Assembly (NCBI GenBank): GCA_028817975.1
Contig: JAPPOJ010000262.1
Coordinates: 1 to 38,828, forward strand
Origin: Zetaproteobacteria bacterium
GTDB lineage: Bacteria > Bdellovibrionota_B > Oligoflexia > Oligoflexales > Bog-1112
Direction: 5' to 3'
DNA: 38,828 nucleotides
Shown here in pieces: positions 35,672-38,828 of the stretch (within the stretch, counting starts at the first letter, position 1; each line of letters begins with the position of its first letter). The notes beneath the pieces are model-generated. The model searched no databases. It worked only from the letters and a program-made list of their open reading frames with translations, and was not told the origin of the DNA. The translations under genes were made by a program, and so were the position numbers.

Positions 35672-36898
35672 TTAGTGCATTGCTGTGGTCTTGAACATGC
35701 GCCGACGTATTTCCTTACCTAAGCTTAGCCTTTCCAGGTAAGCGTGTTTGCTGGCAGAGCTGTTCTCTTCCGCGCGGCGCAACAGGTAGGGGATCGCATG
35801 TTGTACAGGGCCGTATGGGACAAACTTAACCACGTTGGCTCCTCGTTTAGATAGATTGTAGCTTATCTCGTCACACATGCCGAAGAGTTGAGAGAAACAA
35901 ACCCGGTCGAGCAGGTGTTTCTCTTTTCCTTGCAAGTAAGCTTGCTCGATGGACTGCTCGTTGTGTGTCCCTAAAAAAAGGTGCACGGGTGTGGGGAACT
36001 CTAGGCAAGTTGAGATTGCTTGATCAAAAGCGTCGTCGGTTTGTTGCTTGGTAGGAAAGATCGGGGATGGTATGCCCCTTTGTACTGCATGTAAGTTTTC
36101 TTCTTCCATGTAGGCACCGCGTACAAGTTTGATGCCGATGTGCACATTTTTTTGGCTTAGTTGTTCTAGAAAGCTTTTGAGATATGCGGGGCGATCATGG
36201 CGATACATTTGTATGGTCTGGTAGACCGTAGGATAGTTGATATTGTACTGTGTCATCAACTGCTCCACGAAATGGTCAATCGCGGGTTGTACCCATGAGT
36301 GTTCGGCATCGATTAAGACGGAGACTGATTTTGCGAGTGCGTATTCTAAAATGTTGTGCAATGCCTGCTGAGAAAGGTGAAGGTGCTCTTGTTCTGTGGG
36401 GGTAAGGCTTTGATGTGTAGAGAGTTGTTGCAGAGTTTTGGGGGGAATCACTGCAGAAAGCTTAACCACCACAAACTTTTTGTACTGTGCGTGAGCTGCA
36501 TCGATTGCTTTGAGTAGCTCATGGGAAAATTCTTCAAGGCCAGTAAGTGCATGGACTCCCTCAATGGCATAGTCAAATGCGGCACACATGCCACGGGGAA
36601 GGTCGGTGTGAAATCGTTGGATGGCTGTTTCAATCGTCTCTCCGCCGCAAAAGTGATAATGCATGGACCCTGAGACGGGAGCGTGCATAAAGTGGGGGAG
36701 GTGGAGTGCGCGTTTCATCATGGAGATTCCTGCTTTGGCTAAAACAGGGTGGGAAAGAGCCCATAAGAGGACGTATTTTTGGATGAGCTGTGTCCATGAG
36801 TGTTGCTGGTAAACCTCTGGATAAGAAAGTTTAGGGGCTAAGTGGTGGGGTCGACGAGGTGGCATGAGGTCAGATCTATGTCTTTGAGAGCACTGCAT
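35672..36898 (-). CDS. Monofunctional proline dehydrogenase
   Basis: HFCGGET, VKLSA, LIDAE, QMY, GIKLVRGAY, GTHN, QLFGM, PYGP...PYLLRRAEEN; start uncertain. Confidence 0.9.
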   Translation of the reverse strand: MQCSQRHRSDLMPPRRPHHLAPKLSYPEVYQQHSWTQLIQKYVLLWALSHPVLAKAGISMMKRALHLPHFMHAPVSGSMHYHFCGGETIETAIQRFHTDLPRGMCAAFDYAIEGVHALTGLEEFSHELLKAIDAAHAQYKKFVVVKLSAVIPPKTLQQLSTHQSLTPTEQEHLHLSQQALHNILEYALAKSVSVLIDAEHSWVQPAIDHFVEQLMTQYNINYPTVYQTIQMYRHDRPAYLKSFLEQLSQKNVHIGIKLVRGAYMEEENLHAVQRGIPSPIFPTKQQTDDAFDQAISTCLEFPTPVHLFLGTHNEQSIEQAYLQGKEKHLLDRVCFSQLFGMCDEISYNLSKRGANVVKFVPYGPVQHAIPYLLRRAEENSSASKHAYLERLSLGKEIRRRMFKTTAMH

Positions 36899-36946
36899 GT
36901 GTATATCTCCAAAAGGTCGATGATTACCCGTTTGTTGACTTTACAC

Positions 36947-37600
36947 TTAGAGCCGGCTCTCTGTCCATGGTCGATAGAGTTCGTGGGAAATTTTGAGAGA
37001 CTCTAGGATTCTGCCCACGCAGAAATCGACGGTATCTAAGATCGTTTGGGGATGATGATAAAATCCGGGCATCATAGGAATGAGATGTGCACCGGCTTGG
37101 GAGAGTTCGAGCATGTTGCGTAGGTGAATGGTGTTAAAAGGTGATTCGCGTGGGCAGACAAGGAGCGGTCTTTTTTGTTTGAGCATCACGTCTGCAGCTC
37201 TTTCAATTAAGTTGGCAGAGACTCCATGCGCAATACGGCCAATCGTGCCCATGGAGCTTGGGACGATCACCATATGTGTGGCTGCAGCTGTTCCGCTGGC
37301 CACAGGGGTAAATAGGTCGTCATTACGAAACAGGCGGATATTGGTTGTTTTTTCAGTTTCGGCAGGATTTCTAAGTGCATCCAATAAAATCCGGCTGGGG
37401 ACTTTACAGCACCTTTTAGGGTTGAGTTCAAACTGAGCCACAGCCTTGCCTGCATCCGTGAAGCATAAGTATATACGTGAGACTTTGGGAATAAGCTGTG
37501 CGATCAGCCTCTCTGCAATTAAAGTTCCTGAAGCTCCGGTGATTCCAACAAGCACCCTGGATGTGTTTTGCTCGGAAAGTTGGTTCAATCTATACTCCAA
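36947..37600 (-). CDS. ubiX: Flavin prenyltransferase UbiX
   Basis: VGITGASG, ASG, VPSSMGT, NLIERAADVMLKQKRPL, RESP, IHLRNM, PGFY. Confidence 0.92.
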   Translation of the reverse strand: MEYRLNQLSEQNTSRVLVGITGASGTLIAERLIAQLIPKVSRIYLCFTDAGKAVAQFELNPKRCCKVPSRILLDALRNPAETEKTTNIRLFRNDDLFTPVASGTAAATHMVIVPSSMGTIGRIAHGVSANLIERAADVMLKQKRPLLVCPRESPFNTIHLRNMLELSQAGAHLIPMMPGFYHHPQTILDTVDFCVGRILESLKISHELYRPWTESRL

Positions 37601-37662
37601 ATAAGTTATCTTTAGTCCTATTGACAGTTGCTGTAACCTTAACGGAATGGATTAAATCTGCA

Positions 37663-38598
37663 ATGAGTAAATTACAGGCGCTTCAAGTTTCAAATTTGAA
37701 GAAAACATATACGGGAGGGTTTGAAGCCCTGAAAGGATTGAATTTTAGTATTGATCAGGGAGACTTTTTTGCGTTATTAGGCCCAAATGGTGCGGGTAAG
37801 TCGACGACGATAGGCATTTTGTCTAGCTTGGTCAACAAAACCTCGGGCACAGTGAAGGTTTTTGGACATGACTTGGATGAAGATCCTATTGCTGTCAAAC
37901 GTTGTATTGGCCTTGTCCCTCAGGAATTTAATTTTAGTATCTTTGAACGGGTTCAAGATATTTTGAAACAACAGGCGGGTTACTACGGCCTCTCACGCCA
38001 TGCCGCAGAGCAAGGTGCGGAAAAATATTTGAAGTTGTTAGAGTTATACGATAAGAGGCATGAGCAATCTAAAAACCTTTCTGGAGGCATGAAAAGGCGG
38101 TTGATGATTGCACGGGCGATGATTCATGAGCCTAAACTATTGATCTTGGATGAACCTACAGCCGGGGTTGATGTCGAAATTCGCCATTCCATGTGGAAGT
38201 TTATCCGTTCGATTAATCGCCAGGGAACAACGGTCATTTTGACCACGCACTATTTAGAAGAAGTTGAGCAGTTATGCAAAAATGTTGCCATTATTGATAA
38301 AGGAGACTTGTTGTTTAACTCTTCTTTGAAGGATTTGTTAAGCCACACAGATCGACAGACATTTGTGCTGGATATTGCGGGGGGAGATATGAGTGCTTTG
38401 GATGCGCTTGATCATGTCCAGTGGCGTCAGGTGGAAGGGGGCTTTATCGAAGTTGAAATTGAGAAAGGTACCTCTTTGAATACCTTGTTTGCTTTTTTAA
38501 CGCAACATCATATTGAAGTACGGTCCATGCGTACCAAAAATAATCGTGTGGAGTCCTTATTTATGGACTTGATTCGACAGGGAGGAAATAAAGAGTGA
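37663..38598 (+). CDS. yadG: ABC-2 type transporter ATP-binding protein (YadG-like)
   Basis: GPNGAGKST, LVPQEFNF, LSGGMKRR, ILDEPTAGVD, LTTHYLEE. ATG 37663 chosen because the ORF-track start overlaps the divergent ubiX. Confidence 0.9.
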   Translation: MSKLQALQVSNLKKTYTGGFEALKGLNFSIDQGDFFALLGPNGAGKSTTIGILSSLVNKTSGTVKVFGHDLDEDPIAVKRCIGLVPQEFNFSIFERVQDILKQQAGYYGLSRHAAEQGAEKYLKLLELYDKRHEQSKNLSGGMKRRLMIARAMIHEPKLLILDEPTAGVDVEIRHSMWKFIRSINRQGTTVILTTHYLEEVEQLCKNVAIIDKGDLLFNSSLKDLLSHTDRQTFVLDIAGGDMSALDALDHVQWRQVEGGFIEVEIEKGTSLNTLFAFLTQHHIEVRSMRTKNNRVESLFMDLIRQGGNKE

Positions 38599-38828
38599 GT
38601 TTTGTCGAACAGTTTGCGGCTTTAGAGACCATTGTACGCAAAGAAATTCGTCGCTTTTTGCGGATATGGGTTCAAACCATTGTTCCGCCAGCGATTACGA
38701 TTACCTTATATTTTGTTATTTTTGGTAAGTTGATTGGACGTCAAATAGCAGACATTGATGGGTTTACTTACATGCAGTTCATTGTCCCTGGTTTGACCAT
38801 GATGAGTGTGATTACTAACTCTTATATG
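38595..38828 (+). CDS. yadH: ABC-2 type transporter permease (YadH-like), truncated by the window end
   Basis: Not in the ORF track. GTG at 38595 overlaps the yadG stop (GTGA), with SD GGAGG; translates as MSFVEQFAALETIVRKEIRRFLRIWVQTIVPPAITITLYFVIFGKLIG...YMQFIVPGLTMMSVITNSY. Confidence 0.92.
   Translation, partial: MSFVEQFAALETIVRKEIRRFLRIWVQTIVPPAITITLYFVIFGKLIGRQIADIDGFTYMQFIVPGLTMMSVITNSYM

Noticed and set aside
37621-37636. TTGACA and the imperfect palindrome TGACAG-TTG-CTGTAA between ubiX and yadG
   Set aside because: No acceptable -10 at 16-18 nt; the palindrome is short and imperfect.
1-38828. CRISPR arrays, tRNA/rRNA genes, IS elements, prophage genes; remaining short ORFs of the six-frame track
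   Set aside because: No spaced direct repeats, cloverleaf motifs, transposase/integrase or phage motifs were seen by eye; the short ORFs overlap well-supported genes and lack motifs.

Overview
Gene-dense bacterial chromosomal window of mostly housekeeping genes. I found no tRNA, rRNA, CRISPR array, transposase or integrase. The gene content suggests a Bdellovibrionota/Oligoflexia-like or other deltaproteobacterial-grade organism (inference): an alternative complex III operon, receiver-TPR, GYF_2 and PilZ proteins, a FlhG/MinD-like ATPase + J-like/HTH + rluD cluster, and a YkuD-NTF2 peptidoglycan enzyme. In order, the window contains: an RNAP alpha-CTD/sigma-4/winged-HTH multidomain protein; uvrC and uvrB; a six-gene alternative complex III operon (actABCDEF) without adjacent oxidase genes; a pseudo-receiver-TPR protein; GTP-dependent PEPCK; brnQ; a minus-strand PP2C phosphatase / GYF_2-like membrane protein / Kazal-like Cys-rich protein cluster; oppD-oppF-murG; a degenerate aldehyde dehydrogenase; a GYF_2 membrane protein; a divergent Lgt; an unknown membrane protein; PilZ; sthA; the ATPase/J-HTH/rluD cluster; a Csd6/Pgp2/Bd1075-like L,D-peptidase; DsbA-like protein; proline dehydrogenase; ubiX; and yadG-yadH (truncated at the window end). 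The best candidates for undescribed biology are the PP2C-GYF-Kazal cluster, the alpha-CTD/sigma-4/wHTH protein, the ATPase + HPD-less J/HTH pair, an ActB that retains its N-terminal Fe-S motif, and several proteins with substituted catalytic residues. All family calls come from motif recognition by eye; no database searches were run.
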